A stretch of DNA of 64,000 nucleotides from Betaproteobacteria bacterium (GCA_028870715.1 JAGWOZ010000001.1:18216-82215); one strand, 5' to 3'; shown: positions 22,220 to 32,816, counted from the stretch's first letter. The notes: generated from the letters alone by a model not told the origin. Translations and numbers: made by a program.

Positions 22220-22759
22220 ATGCACATCATGATGCAAGAAAGTGGCAAGCTGCAAAAACCCATCCTCATCGCTGGGGCTGGGCGGAACAAGTTGAAGGAC
22301 GACGCAGCAGACAAGGCGTCAGAAAAGGCGATTCAAGCGGCCATTGACGGCGCGCGAGGCAAGATTCGCAATATTGCCATCGATCCAGTCGATGTTTGGC
22401 TGGCCGCCGACAAGGCTGAAGAGCGTCTTGAGGCACTCAAAATCCCTGTCTCGGACCGGACGGGGGCTGTTGTCTACATGAAGCCCGAGGGTCCGTCAGC
22501 GAAGTCTTACAAGTACCCACAAAACACGATCGAGGCACAGATCGAGCGCAAGCGCGATGGGTGGGTGGTGACGCATGTCGGCCGGGCCATCGTTTGGCCC
22601 AAGCAGGACAGGACAGAGAAGCTCATGCTGACACCGGCGCAGCGCGACATCGCGGTTGAGCGCGGGGCCGATACCCGAGGCCTTTGGGTTCAGGAGCCCA
22701 AGGCACCCAAGCCCCAGCCGCAACGCGCCCCCGATCAGGGCATCGGCATTGGCGGGTAA
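22220..22759 (+). CDS. Hypothetical protein
   Basis: GGAG RBS, its own upstream TTTGCC/CATA motif, tail QRAPDQGIGIGG. Confidence 0.55.
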   Translation: MHIMMQESGKLQKPILIAGAGRNKLKDDAADKASEKAIQAAIDGARGKIRNIAIDPVDVWLAADKAEERLEALKIPVSDRTGAVVYMKPEGPSAKSYKYPQNTIEAQIERKRDGWVVTHVGRAIVWPKQDRTEKLMLTPAQRDIAVERGADTRGLWVQEPKAPKPQPQRAPDQGIGIGG

Positions 22760-22826
22760 CTGACGGTCGTTTGAGCAAGACCTGGCCCGCAGGGATACGC
22801 GCCGGGTCTTTTTTCTGGAGAACAGC

Positions 22827-23360
22827 ATGAAGATCAACATGCGCCGCCCCGCTTGGAGCCGCCTGCGCTGGCCGATCGTCGCCGGCCTGGTCGCTGCATC
22901 GGCAATCGGTACGGCCTGGGCGACCGGCTGGCGGTTCAACACCACGCCGAGCGAGCCCCTGGGCCTTTATCGCCTCACGCCCTTGACTGCACAGGCCGTG
23001 ATTCATCGCGGCGATCTGATTTCCTTTTGCCCCCCCGTGGCGCTTTATCCGTTCATGGTGCATGGCACCTGTTCCAACGGTGGCGCCCCTTTTTTGAAGA
23101 CCGTCGTTGGCGTGCCGGGCGATGTGGTGGACGTGTCCGCCGCAGGGGTGTCTGTCGACGGAAGTCTGTTGCAACAGAGCAAGGTGATCGTGCACCCCAA
23201 AGCATGGCCTGGGCTGACGCTGCCCTCAGCCTTTGGGGTTCACCGGCTTGCGGCTGGTGAGTATTGGACATTCGGGGCCGGTGATCCGAAGATGTCGTTT
23301 GATAGCAGGAACTGGGGGGTGGTGCGGTGGGGACGGATCATCGCGATGTCATCCGGCTGA
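22827..23360 (+). CDS. traF: TraF S26-family conjugal peptidase
   Basis: NTTPSEPLGLY, FCPP, FLKTVVGVPGD, SFDSRNWG. Confidence 0.85.
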   Translation: MKINMRRPAWSRLRWPIVAGLVAASAIGTAWATGWRFNTTPSEPLGLYRLTPLTAQAVIHRGDLISFCPPVALYPFMVHGTCSNGGAPFLKTVVGVPGDVVDVSAAGVSVDGSLLQQSKVIVHPKAWPGLTLPSAFGVHRLAAGEYWTFGAGDPKMSFDSRNWGVVRWGRIIAMSSG

Positions 23361-23413
23361 GTTCGCTACGCTTGCGGTTGCCCAATGCAAAGTCCTGCGA
23401 AGCAACACTCCAC

Positions 23414-26212
23414 ATGAATGCAGTAGAAATTGAAGCAGCCCTCTCGGAACTGGCCCTTCAGCCCTTTGACGCTGAAGACTTCCCGTATGCATTCCTAGCT
23501 GCTTTTGGTAACAAGGACACGACACTCAAGCGCCTGCGGACCGGCAACAACAACGCTTCGGACGTACACGGTGGCGTACTCCAACGCAACAACATCCATC
23601 TTGCTGTGAGCGATGCTGGTGCCGTGAATGAAACACTCAAGGCTTTGCGTGCCAGCCCGGCCACGGCCAAGGCCAAAGCCAAGTTCATCCTTGCCACAGA
23701 TGGGCTGACATTGGAGGCCGAAGATCTGGTGAGCGGTGAGACCATCACCTGCGCCTACCCGGACTTCCCCAATCACTTCGGCTTCTTGCTGCCACTGGCC
23801 GGCATTTCCACCATCAAGGAGATCAAGGACAACCCCATCGATGTGCGCGCCACCGGGCGACTGAACAAACTCTACGTCGAGTTGTTGCGAGAGAACCCGG
23901 GCTGGGCCACGGACGAGCGCCGCGCCGACATGAACCACTTCATGGCGCGGCTCGTGTTCTGCTTCTTCGCCGAAGACACGGGCATCTTTCAAGGAGCCGG
24001 TCTGTTCACCCGGACTTTGGAACAGATAAGCGAACGCGATGGGTCCAACGCCCATGCAGTGCTGGGCTCCGTCTTTCGCGCCATGAACATCAGAGAGGGT
24101 GATCGCTCCGGCGCACTGCCTCGCTTGCCGATATGGGCCGATCAGTTCCCTTACGTCAACGGCGGACTGTTCTCCGGCAGTACGGAAGTGCCGCGCTTCA
24201 CCCGCATGGCACGGACCTACCTGCTGCATGCCGGCGGCCTGAACTGGAAACAGATCAACCCCGACATCTTCGGCAGCATGATCCAGGCCGTGGCCGACGA
24301 CGAAGAGCGCGGCGCACTGGGCATGCACTACACCAGCGTGCCCAACATCCTCAAGGTGCTGAACCCCCTGTTCCTGGATGACCTGCGCGCCGCCTTGAAT
24401 GATGCGGGCGACAACAAAATCAAGCTGCTGAATTTGCGCAAACGGATGTCACGCATCCGCGTGTTCGACCCAGCCTGCGGCTCTGGCAACTTCCTGGTCA
24501 TTGCCTACAAGCAGATGCGCGAGATTGAAGCGGAAATCAACCGCCGCCGGGATGAAGCACATCTGGGTAGCGAGATTCCGCTGACCAACTTTCGCGGCAT
24601 CGAACTGCGCAACTTTCCGGCGGAAATTGCCCGTCTGGCGCTCATCATTGCCGAGTTTCAGTGCGACGTGCTGTATCGCGGGCAGAAGGATGCGCTGGCG
24701 GAATTCCTGCCGCTGGACGCGCAGAACTGGATTGTCTGCGGTAACGCGTTGCGGCTGGACTGGTTGAGCATCTGCCCGCCGACGGGGACGGGCGTGAAGG
24801 TAGTGGCGGATGATTTGTTCGGCACACCGCTCGACCAAACTGAAATCAGCTTCGAGAACGAAGGCGGCGAAACCTATATCTGTGGCAATCCACCGTACCT
24901 GGGCAGCACCTGGCAATCGGCAGAACAGAAAGACGACCTCAAGGCCATTTTTGACCATCGCTGCAAAACCTGGAAATCACTGGACTACGTGGCGGGCTGG
25001 TTTATGAAAGCGGCCGACTACGGCACAAAAACACCTTCAGCCGCCGCATTTGTATCCACCAACTCCATTTGCCAAGGGCAGCAAGTGCCGATTCTGTGGC
25101 CGCTGGTTTTCAGCACGGACAACAAAATCATCTTTGCTCATACGTCGTTCAAATGGACGAATCTCGCCAGTCACAACGCTGGGGTGACGGTCGTCATCGT
25201 GGGCATCAGCAAGCAAACTGGCAAGCTGCGCCGAATTTACTTAATGGCCGATGACGGCAGCGCACTCGCCAAAGAGGCAGAGCACATCAACGCCTATTTG
25301 GTGGCCGGTGCAAACGTGGTTGTGGAAAAAGCAGCCCGACCCTTGAGCGCCCAGGCGGAAATGAGCTTCGGCAACAAGCCCGTTGATGGTGGCCACCTGC
25401 TGTTGTCCAACGATGAAGTGGCCGCACTGGGACTCACGCCAGAACAACAGGCTCGTTTCATCCGCCGCATCTATGGTTCGGCGGAGTTCATTCGTGGGCT
25501 GGAGCGGTATTGCCTGTGGATTGAAGATCGCCACTTGGACGAAGCCTTGGAGATTTCAGCCATTCGACAACGCATTGAGGGCGTACGGGCGATGCGGCTG
25601 GCAAGCCCCAAAGTCGCAACCATTGAAGCGGCCGACACGCCGCACAAGTTCGGAGAAATCCGCCAGTCTGGTGAAGAGACTGTAATGATTGTTCCCAGCG
25701 TTTCTTCTGAGTCACGAGAGTACCTACCCGTTGGCTATATGGAACCCGGAACCATCGTCAGCAACCTCGCCTTCGCCCTCTACGACACTCCCCTCTGCAA
25801 CATGGCCCTCATCGCCTCGCGCCTGCACCTTGTCTGGATCGCCACCGTCTGCGGCAAGCTGAAAACGGACTTCCGCTACTCCAACACCCTCGGCTGGAAC
25901 ACCTTCCCTGTGCCCCTGCTCACCGAGCAGAACAAAGCCGACCTGACCGCCTGCGCCGAAGCCATCCTGCTCGCCCGCGAGGCGCATTTTCCCGCCACCA
26001 TCGCCGACCTGTACGACCCGGACGCCATGCCGGAAAATCTGCGCCACGCCCACGAGCGCAACGACGAAGTGCTGGAGCGCATCTACATCGGCCGCCGCTT
26101 CAGGAACGACACCGAGCGGCTGGAAAAGCTGTTTGATCTGTATACGAAGATGACGGCGACGGCCAAGGCCAGGCCCGCCATGAAAACGACAAGAGGGAAG
26201 AAAGCGTCATGA
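23414..26212 (+). CDS. MmeI/YeeA-like N6-adenine DNA methyltransferase with target-recognition domain
   Basis: FPYVNGGLF, INPDIFGSMIQ, LGMHYT, DPACGSGNFL, GNPPY, STNSICQG, RYSNTLGWNTFP; no clear N-terminal PD-(D/E)xK motif. Confidence 0.88.
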   Translation: MNAVEIEAALSELALQPFDAEDFPYAFLAAFGNKDTTLKRLRTGNNNASDVHGGVLQRNNIHLAVSDAGAVNETLKALRASPATAKAKAKFILATDGLTLEAEDLVSGETITCAYPDFPNHFGFLLPLAGISTIKEIKDNPIDVRATGRLNKLYVELLRENPGWATDERRADMNHFMARLVFCFFAEDTGIFQGAGLFTRTLEQISERDGSNAHAVLGSVFRAMNIREGDRSGALPRLPIWADQFPYVNGGLFSGSTEVPRFTRMARTYLLHAGGLNWKQINPDIFGSMIQAVADDEERGALGMHYTSVPNILKVLNPLFLDDLRAALNDAGDNKIKLLNLRKRMSRIRVFDPACGSGNFLVIAYKQMREIEAEINRRRDEAHLGSEIPLTNFRGIELRNFPAEIARLALIIAEFQCDVLYRGQKDALAEFLPLDAQNWIVCGNALRLDWLSICPPTGTGVKVVADDLFGTPLDQTEISFENEGGETYICGNPPYLGSTWQSAEQKDDLKAIFDHRCKTWKSLDYVAGWFMKAADYGTKTPSAAAFVSTNSICQGQQVPILWPLVFSTDNKIIFAHTSFKWTNLASHNAGVTVVIVGISKQTGKLRRIYLMADDGSALAKEAEHINAYLVAGANVVVEKAARPLSAQAEMSFGNKPVDGGHLLLSNDEVAALGLTPEQQARFIRRIYGSAEFIRGLERYCLWIEDRHLDEALEISAIRQRIEGVRAMRLASPKVATIEAADTPHKFGEIRQSGEETVMIVPSVSSESREYLPVGYMEPGTIVSNLAFALYDTPLCNMALIASRLHLVWIATVCGKLKTDFRYSNTLGWNTFPVPLLTEQNKADLTACAEAILLAREAHFPATIADLYDPDAMPENLRHAHERNDEVLERIYIGRRFRNDTERLEKLFDLYTKMTATAKARPAMKTTRGKKAS

Positions 26213-27270
26213 GCGACTTACCTGTGGGCCTGACGCCGCCCCCCGCTGGCTATGCCGACTGGCTGGCCGACCTCAAGGGTCGCATCCACGCCGCCCAGCA
26301 GCGCGCCACGCTGGCGGTCAACCGCGAGCTGGTGCTGCTGTACTGGCAGATCGGGCGCGACATTCTGGCGCGGCAGGCAAGCCAAGGGTGGGGGGCGAAG
26401 GTGATCGAGCGGTTGGCGCATGATCTGCGTGCTGCCTTCCCGGAAATGAAAGGTTTTTCCCGCGCCAACCTGATGTACATGCGCGCCTTTGCCGAGGCGT
26501 GGCCGGATGCCGGAATTGTCCAACAGGCTGTTGGACAATTGCCCTGGGGGCATAACCTGGTGCTGCTGACCCGTCTGAAAGACCCGCAGCAGCGCTTGGC
26601 CTATGCCCAGAGCGCCGTCACGCACGGCTGGTCGCGCAATGCGCTGAACATCCACATCGAAACCCGCCTGCTGGAGCGCACCGGCAAAGCGATGACCAAT
26701 TTCAGTGTTAGCCTGCCCAAGCCGCAATCGGATCTAGCCCGGGAATCATTGAAAGACCCATACCGTCTGGACTTTCTGGGACTCGTCAAAGAGGCGGGTG
26801 AACGCGAAATCGAGAACGCCCTGGTCAAACATGTCACCGAATTTCTGCTGGAGTTGGGCGCGGGATTTGCGTTCGTCGGGCGGCAGGTGCTGCTGGACGT
26901 GGGCGGCGACGAGTTTTTCATCGACCTGCTGTTCTACCACCTCAAGCTGCGCTGCTATGTGGTGATCGAACTCAAGGGCGGAAAGTTCAAGCCAGAGCAT
27001 CTTGGGCAGTTGAGCTTTTACCTCACCGCCGTGGATGCCCAGGTCAAGCACCCGCAGGACGGCCCCACCATCGGCCTGCTGCTATGCAAAAGCAAGAACA
27101 AGGTGGTGGCCGAATACGCGCTACGCAATAACTCCCAGCCCATTGGCGTATCCGAATATCAACTGGTGGAATCGCTGCCAGTCGAACTGCAAACCAGCCT
27201 GCCCAGCATCGAGCAGATCGAGCGCGAACTGGCGGGCGATGACACCACCCTGGAAGACGACGCGCAATGA
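26209..27270 (+). CDS. YhcG/DUF1016 PD-(D/E)xK nuclease-domain protein
   Basis: VNRELVLLYWQIG, GWGAKVI, KDPY, LLELGAGFAFVGRQ, IDLLFYH..VVIELK, GQLSFY. Confidence 0.9.
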   Translation: MSDLPVGLTPPPAGYADWLADLKGRIHAAQQRATLAVNRELVLLYWQIGRDILARQASQGWGAKVIERLAHDLRAAFPEMKGFSRANLMYMRAFAEAWPDAGIVQQAVGQLPWGHNLVLLTRLKDPQQRLAYAQSAVTHGWSRNALNIHIETRLLERTGKAMTNFSVSLPKPQSDLARESLKDPYRLDFLGLVKEAGEREIENALVKHVTEFLLELGAGFAFVGRQVLLDVGGDEFFIDLLFYHLKLRCYVVIELKGGKFKPEHLGQLSFYLTAVDAQVKHPQDGPTIGLLLCKSKNKVVAEYALRNNSQPIGVSEYQLVESLPVELQTSLPSIEQIERELAGDDTTLEDDAQ

Positions 27271-29384
27271 CCACCCCAACCAACCCGACCAACGCCTACA
27301 CCGTGCCCTCGGTGTCCATCACCACGGCGTGCACCGGAGCCTCCAGCAAGGCCAACGCGTTGGGCATGCGCGCCATGCAGGAGCGCGCCTACGCCAAAAG
27401 GGGCGAGCAATACCTGCTGATCAAATCGCCGCCGGCATCCGGCAAGTCACGCGCGCTGATGTTCATCGCGCTGGACAAGCTCAACAACCAGGGCCTGCGC
27501 CAGGCCATCGTCGTGGTGCCAGAGCGATCCATTGGCGGCAGCTTTGCCGACGAACCCCTGAGCCAGTCCGGCTTCTACTGGGATTGGCAGGTTGCCCCGC
27601 AGTGGAACCTATGTAATGCCCCTGGAGGAGACGAGCTGCGCGTGGCCAGGTCGAAGGTGGACGCGGTGCGCAAGTTCCTGAGTAGCGCCGACAAGACGCT
27701 GGTCTGCACGCACGCAACCTTTCGCTTCGCGGTGGAAGAGCTAGGCATTGATGCGTTCGACAACCGACTGATCGCCATCGACGAGTTCCATCACGTCTCC
27801 AGCAACCCTGGCAACGTGCTAGGCAGCCAATTGGGCGCTTTCATCGCCCGCGACAAGGTACATCTGGTGGCCATGACCGGCTCCTACTTCCGCGGCGACA
27901 GTGAGGCCGTGTTGACCCCAGCCGATGAGTCGCGATTCGAGACGGTCACCTACACCTACTACGAGCAGCTCAACGGCTACCAATGGCTCAAGTCGCTGGA
28001 TATCGGCTACTTCTTTTACACCGGCCGGTATGTGGATGCCGTCGCCAAGGTGCTAGATCCGGCATTGAAAACCATCGTCCACATTCCCAATGTGAATGCG
28101 CGCGAAAGCCTGAAGGACAAGGAGCGCGAGGTAAACGAGATCATGCACGGCCTGGGCGAATGGAAAGGCATTGACCCGGCCACCGGCTTCCACCAGATAC
28201 AAACCAGGGAGGGCCGCACGCTGAAAGTGGCGGACCTGGTGGACGACAGCGACCTAGCCCAGCGCTCCCGCGTTCTGGCCGCGCTGAAAGACCCGGCGCA
28301 GAAGGACAACCGCGACCATGTGGACGTCATCATCGCGCTCGGCATGGCGAAGGAAGGATTCGACTGGATCTGGTGCGAACATGCGTTGACCATAGGCTAC
28401 CGCAGCAGCCTGACCGAAATCGTGCAGATCATTGGGCGCGCCACCCGCGACGCCGAAGGCAAGGAGCGGGCGCGCTTTACCAACCTGATCGCCGAACCCA
28501 CGGCCGAACAATCCGCCGTGACCGAGGCGGTGAACGACATGCTGAAGGCCATTTCCGCCAGTCTGCTGATGGAGCAAGTGCTGGCCCCGCGGTATGAGTT
28601 CACGCCAAAGAATGCCGGCCCGAAGGAAGGCTTCGACTACGGCGAAAACGGCTACAAGGAGGGCGCCCACAACATCGGGGTGAACCAGGAAACCGGCCAG
28701 ATTCACGTGGAGATCAACGGTCTGACAACGCCACAAAGCCCGGAAGCCACACGAATCTGCAAAGAGGACTTGAATGAAGTCGTCACCAGCTTCCTGCAGG
28801 AAAAAACCGTGTTGGAGCGTGGCCTTTTCGACAAGGAGAACACCCTGCCTGAAGAGCTGACCCAGTTGCACATGGGAAAAATCGTGCGCGAACGCTACCC
28901 GGACTTGAGCGAGGTTGACCAAGAGGCCATCCGGCAGCACGCGATCGCCGCGATGAACATCACGCAGCAGGCCAAATTGGCGCTAGCCACCGCCGATGCC
29001 AACACCGGCGGCGCCGCGCAAGGCAATACGGCGCTGTTGGACGGTGTGCGCAAGTTCGTCAACGTTCGCGACCTGGACATTGACCTGATCGACCGCATCA
29101 ACCCCTTCGATGCCGCCTATGCCGTCCTCGCCAAGACGATGGATGAAAAGTCGCTGCGCCAAGTGCAGGCAAGCATTGCGGCCAAGAAGGTCAGCATCCC
29201 CGAAGAGGAGGCGCGCGAGTTGGCAAGACGCGCCCTGCAGTTCAAGAACGAGCGTGGGCGGCTGCCGGAACTGAACTCCCCCGACGCCTGGGAGAAACGC
29301 ATGGCGGAAGGCGTGGCCGCGCTGGCGCGTTTCCGCGCACAAGCCAAGGCAGCGCAGGCGCAAGGAGGGAGCGGTCATGGCTGA
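27267..29384 (+). CDS. YeeB-like DEAD/DEAH-box SF2 helicase
   Basis: MRAMQ, SPPASGKSRA, IDEFHH, MTGSYFRGD, AKEGFDW, QIIGRATRD. Confidence 0.85.
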   Translation: MTTPTNPTNAYTVPSVSITTACTGASSKANALGMRAMQERAYAKRGEQYLLIKSPPASGKSRALMFIALDKLNNQGLRQAIVVVPERSIGGSFADEPLSQSGFYWDWQVAPQWNLCNAPGGDELRVARSKVDAVRKFLSSADKTLVCTHATFRFAVEELGIDAFDNRLIAIDEFHHVSSNPGNVLGSQLGAFIARDKVHLVAMTGSYFRGDSEAVLTPADESRFETVTYTYYEQLNGYQWLKSLDIGYFFYTGRYVDAVAKVLDPALKTIVHIPNVNARESLKDKEREVNEIMHGLGEWKGIDPATGFHQIQTREGRTLKVADLVDDSDLAQRSRVLAALKDPAQKDNRDHVDVIIALGMAKEGFDWIWCEHALTIGYRSSLTEIVQIIGRATRDAEGKERARFTNLIAEPTAEQSAVTEAVNDMLKAISASLLMEQVLAPRYEFTPKNAGPKEGFDYGENGYKEGAHNIGVNQETGQIHVEINGLTTPQSPEATRICKEDLNEVVTSFLQEKTVLERGLFDKENTLPEELTQLHMGKIVRERYPDLSEVDQEAIRQHAIAAMNITQQAKLALATADANTGGAAQGNTALLDGVRKFVNVRDLDIDLIDRINPFDAAYAVLAKTMDEKSLRQVQASIAAKKVSIPEEEARELARRALQFKNERGRLPELNSPDAWEKRMAEGVAALARFRAQAKAAQAQGGSGHG

Positions 29385-30558
29385 ACTGGACGACGACGAA
29401 CTGCTGGATGCGCTGGGTGTCGATGTTGCCCCGCTCAAGGTCTCCAGCCACACTCCGCGCGAGGAACGCATCATTGCGGGCTTTGAGGACATCCTGCGGT
29501 TCCATCAAGCGCATGGCCGCGCTCCGCAGCATGGCGAGGGTCGTGACATCTTTGAGCGCCTGTATGCCGTACGCCTAGACCAACTACGCAAGCTGCCTGA
29601 AGCGCAAACGCTCCTGGCCGCGCTGGACGGACCCGGCCTTTTGTCAGGGGCAGCAGCCCCGGTCGATGTGGATGCGCTGGACGAAGACGCCTTGTTGGCT
29701 GAACTGGGCATCAGCGAAACTGCTGTTCCGAATGACGTCAACGTGTTGCGGCATGTGCGTTCCAGCACTGAAAAGCGAGCTGCTGAGGAAATTGCCGATC
29801 GCAGGTCTTGCGCGGATTTTGATCAGTTCCAACCGCTGTTCGAGCAGGTGGAGCAAGATCTGAAATCGGGTCATCGCATGACGCAGCGCTTTGGGCGAAA
29901 CACCAGCATTGCCCGGGGGGACTACTTTATTCTCGGTGGGCAGCTTGCCCATGTGGCCGAGGTCGGCGAAACGATCAAGGCGCCGAACGGTGAAAGCGAT
30001 GCGCGTCTGCGCGTCATCTATGCCAATGGCACAGAAAGCAACTTGCTGCGGCGCTCTCTCCAGCGGGCGCTCTACAAGGATGAAACCGGCCGGCGCTTGA
30101 GCGAACCTGAAGTTGGCCCATTGTTTGGCGATGCACCCGAGCCTGACGATATTGAAACCGGCACCATCTATGTGCTGCGCAGCCTCTCCAGCGATCCGTT
30201 CGTTGCCGAGCATCGCGAGCTGATTCACAAAATCGGCGTGACCGGCGGCAAGGTGGAGACCCGCATTGCTGCCGCAGAAAAGGATGCGACCTATCTATTG
30301 GCCGACGTGGAGGTGGTTGCTACCTACAAGCTCCACAACCTGAACCGCACCAGGCTGGAAAACATCTTTCACCGCTTGTTCGGCGCAGCACAACTTGATT
30401 TAACCATCGAGGATCGATTTGGACATCCGGTCAAGCCGAGGGAATGGTTCCTCGTACCTCTTCATGTAATCGATGAAGCGGTACAGCACATTCGTGATGG
30501 CTCGATCACCGATGTCGTCTATGACCCGAACAGCGCGCGGCTGGTCAGTTATGGTTGA
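29377..30558 (+). CDS. YeeC-like GIY-YIG (T5orf172) nuclease
   Basis: GTIYVLRS, HKIGVT..VETRI, LENIFH, PREWF. Confidence 0.82.
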   Translation: MAELDDDELLDALGVDVAPLKVSSHTPREERIIAGFEDILRFHQAHGRAPQHGEGRDIFERLYAVRLDQLRKLPEAQTLLAALDGPGLLSGAAAPVDVDALDEDALLAELGISETAVPNDVNVLRHVRSSTEKRAAEEIADRRSCADFDQFQPLFEQVEQDLKSGHRMTQRFGRNTSIARGDYFILGGQLAHVAEVGETIKAPNGESDARLRVIYANGTESNLLRRSLQRALYKDETGRRLSEPEVGPLFGDAPEPDDIETGTIYVLRSLSSDPFVAEHRELIHKIGVTGGKVETRIAAAEKDATYLLADVEVVATYKLHNLNRTRLENIFHRLFGAAQLDLTIEDRFGHPVKPREWFLVPLHVIDEAVQHIRDGSITDVVYDPNSARLVSYG

Positions 30559-30680
30559 AGTAAAAAGTGCGCGCTGCAACCGTCGTGAATGGCTCCTCGG
30601 AATCAAGCAGCCCAGGAGGGTGCACGACATTTATACGATACGCAGACCATTCTCTCCGCGGCGGGTAAATCGGCATAACT

Positions 30681-32759
30681 ATGAGCAGTCTCGGCCACCT
30701 TCAACAACTCACTTCCTGGCTGAATGCTTGGATTACTTCGCCGCTTTGGCTGTCGCTCATTACGGTAGTGGGCATTTTCGGCGTCGTGTCTGTTCTATTG
30801 AAACCAATCGTCTCGTCGATCCGCTGGTTCCGCAACAAACGCAGCGCCCAGATCGCTGCTGAGCTTCAAGCCAAGACTAACGTCCAGAGCTTTACAGACG
30901 ACGACATTACTGACGCAGTTGAAGACTACATCGTGCCGGATGCCACGAACGTCGACCCTGCAAATGAAGATGATCTACGAACCTTCGCGTTCGTCCGTGA
31001 GAACATATTTGTCGCTCTGGATCGAGCATTGAGTTCCCCCGACAAAACCCACCTGATGATCCTCGCGGACTCCGGTATGGGCAAAACGACGCTCCTCTTG
31101 AACTTCTTCGCTCGTGAACTGGATAAACGCAAGTCACAGCGCCGCGAAGTTGCCATCGTGCCGTTGGGTAGGCCGGACGCGGACGCGCAGATCAAGGCCA
31201 TAGCAAATAAGCGATCCACGATCCTTCTGCTCGATGCCCTGGATGAAGACACCCTAGCGATCACGGACTACAAAAAGCGATTGCACGATGTCATGGAGTT
31301 GGCTGCCGATTTCAAAGGGGTGATGGTTTCATGCAGAACACAATTCTTTGAGAATGATCAGGCCGTGCCAACAAGTACCGGTATTGCTCGTGTTGCTCAA
31401 AAGAGAGCGGGCTCGCCGGGTGTGCATCATTTCCATCGCATCTTCCTGGCGCCGTTTAGTGAAGGGCAGGTTTCGTTGTACATCGAGCGCGCCATTCCCT
31501 TTTATAGATTCAAGGCCCGCCGCCGCGCTCGTGCCTTGGTGACCCGTATACCGGAACTGACCGTCCGGCCGATGCTGCTGGCCTTACTGCCAAAGTTGTT
31601 GGTGAACGAACAGCAGGTCAGCGAAATGTGGGATCTCTATGAGTTCATGGTTCGAAGTTGGCTGAGCCGCGAAAGTCACTGGATAGTTCCTGAGGAACTG
31701 CTGAGCATCTCCGAACGGGTTGCTGTTGAAGCGTATCTCGGCAGGCAGTCCCGTCACTCCGAGCGGCTGCGCCCCGATGAGATTTCATCCCTGCTCCAAG
31801 AGACCGCTTCCCCCGTCGATTCTTGGAAGTTGACCGCTCGCTCGCTGCTGAATCGAGATGCTACCGGCAATTTCAAGTTCGCCCATCGCAGCATTATGGA
31901 GTTTCTGTTCATTCGGGCACTCGTGGGCGGCGAAGAAGCGTGCGCGAAGGTCCGGTGGACCGACATGATGTGCACCCTCTTCCTCAGTTGGGGGCGTAGC
32001 CACTCCGGCTCTGACCCAGCGGGGCAGAAACGTGCCCAATATCTCCTTGACGATGACCGTTTGTTCGCTACCGGGCTTTTCCCCTTGGTCGATGCGTGTG
32101 AGCCGGCGAGTCACATTGGAGTCGAATGGGCACAACGTGCGCTCGGAATGGCTGAACGAATGCGGGAAAGAGTAGGTATCCCTGCGCCGTGGAAAAAATG
32201 GACAAGTCGGCTGATTCAACGAGAGGAAGTTGTTCGTCTGTATGAACTCTCGGAGGGCATCATCTGGCAATTTGTCCTCACTCGCGACATGCAGGAGAAG
32301 AACATTTACCGCGAGCCTGTCGGCGCGGGGCGATGCATAGATTGTGAAAGACAAACCTGGGAGCGTCCGACTCTGACGGAATTTCGGTCACTTGCGGAAA
32401 CGCTGCTCTCGCATGAAGCGTTCCTTCTGGACAACGACGAGCTGTATTGGCTTGCGGACGCTGATTCAAAGACCTATGCAATGGCAAGATTCAGAGATAC
32501 GGCCATCGAGAACACCGCGCCGCCGATGTTTCGAAACGGCGCGAGCTTCTTGACCGGAGCGCCTCTGGGGCCTAACGGACGCTTTTCTTTGGATGTTTAC
32601 TCTCGGTCGAAGGTGATAAGTCTGCCTCCAGGTGCCGTCGGCCCGATCGCCTTAGTTGCCATCAATGTCGCGACGCTGCGAGGCGACGCGCAATTGGAAT
32701 GGGTTAAAGATATGAACGAGCCTCGCAACTGGGCACTGCGCCCGCACGATTTCCCCTGA
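30681..32759 (+). CDS. Membrane-anchored NACHT-like NTPase
   Basis: N-terminal TM, ADSGMGKTT, LLLDALDE, SCRTQFF, RPMLL, FAHRSIMEFL; looks lower in GC than the backbone. Confidence 0.75.
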   Translation: MSSLGHLQQLTSWLNAWITSPLWLSLITVVGIFGVVSVLLKPIVSSIRWFRNKRSAQIAAELQAKTNVQSFTDDDITDAVEDYIVPDATNVDPANEDDLRTFAFVRENIFVALDRALSSPDKTHLMILADSGMGKTTLLLNFFARELDKRKSQRREVAIVPLGRPDADAQIKAIANKRSTILLLDALDEDTLAITDYKKRLHDVMELAADFKGVMVSCRTQFFENDQAVPTSTGIARVAQKRAGSPGVHHFHRIFLAPFSEGQVSLYIERAIPFYRFKARRRARALVTRIPELTVRPMLLALLPKLLVNEQQVSEMWDLYEFMVRSWLSRESHWIVPEELLSISERVAVEAYLGRQSRHSERLRPDEISSLLQETASPVDSWKLTARSLLNRDATGNFKFAHRSIMEFLFIRALVGGEEACAKVRWTDMMCTLFLSWGRSHSGSDPAGQKRAQYLLDDDRLFATGLFPLVDACEPASHIGVEWAQRALGMAERMRERVGIPAPWKKWTSRLIQREEVVRLYELSEGIIWQFVLTRDMQEKNIYREPVGAGRCIDCERQTWERPTLTEFRSLAETLLSHEAFLLDNDELYWLADADSKTYAMARFRDTAIENTAPPMFRNGASFLTGAPLGPNGRFSLDVYSRSKVISLPPGAVGPIALVAINVATLRGDAQLEWVKDMNEPRNWALRPHDFP

Positions 32760-32816
32760 CCGAATGGCGCGCAAAAGAAGGGCCGCAGCGCCATCCCTTC
32801 TCCTGCCCCGATGATC

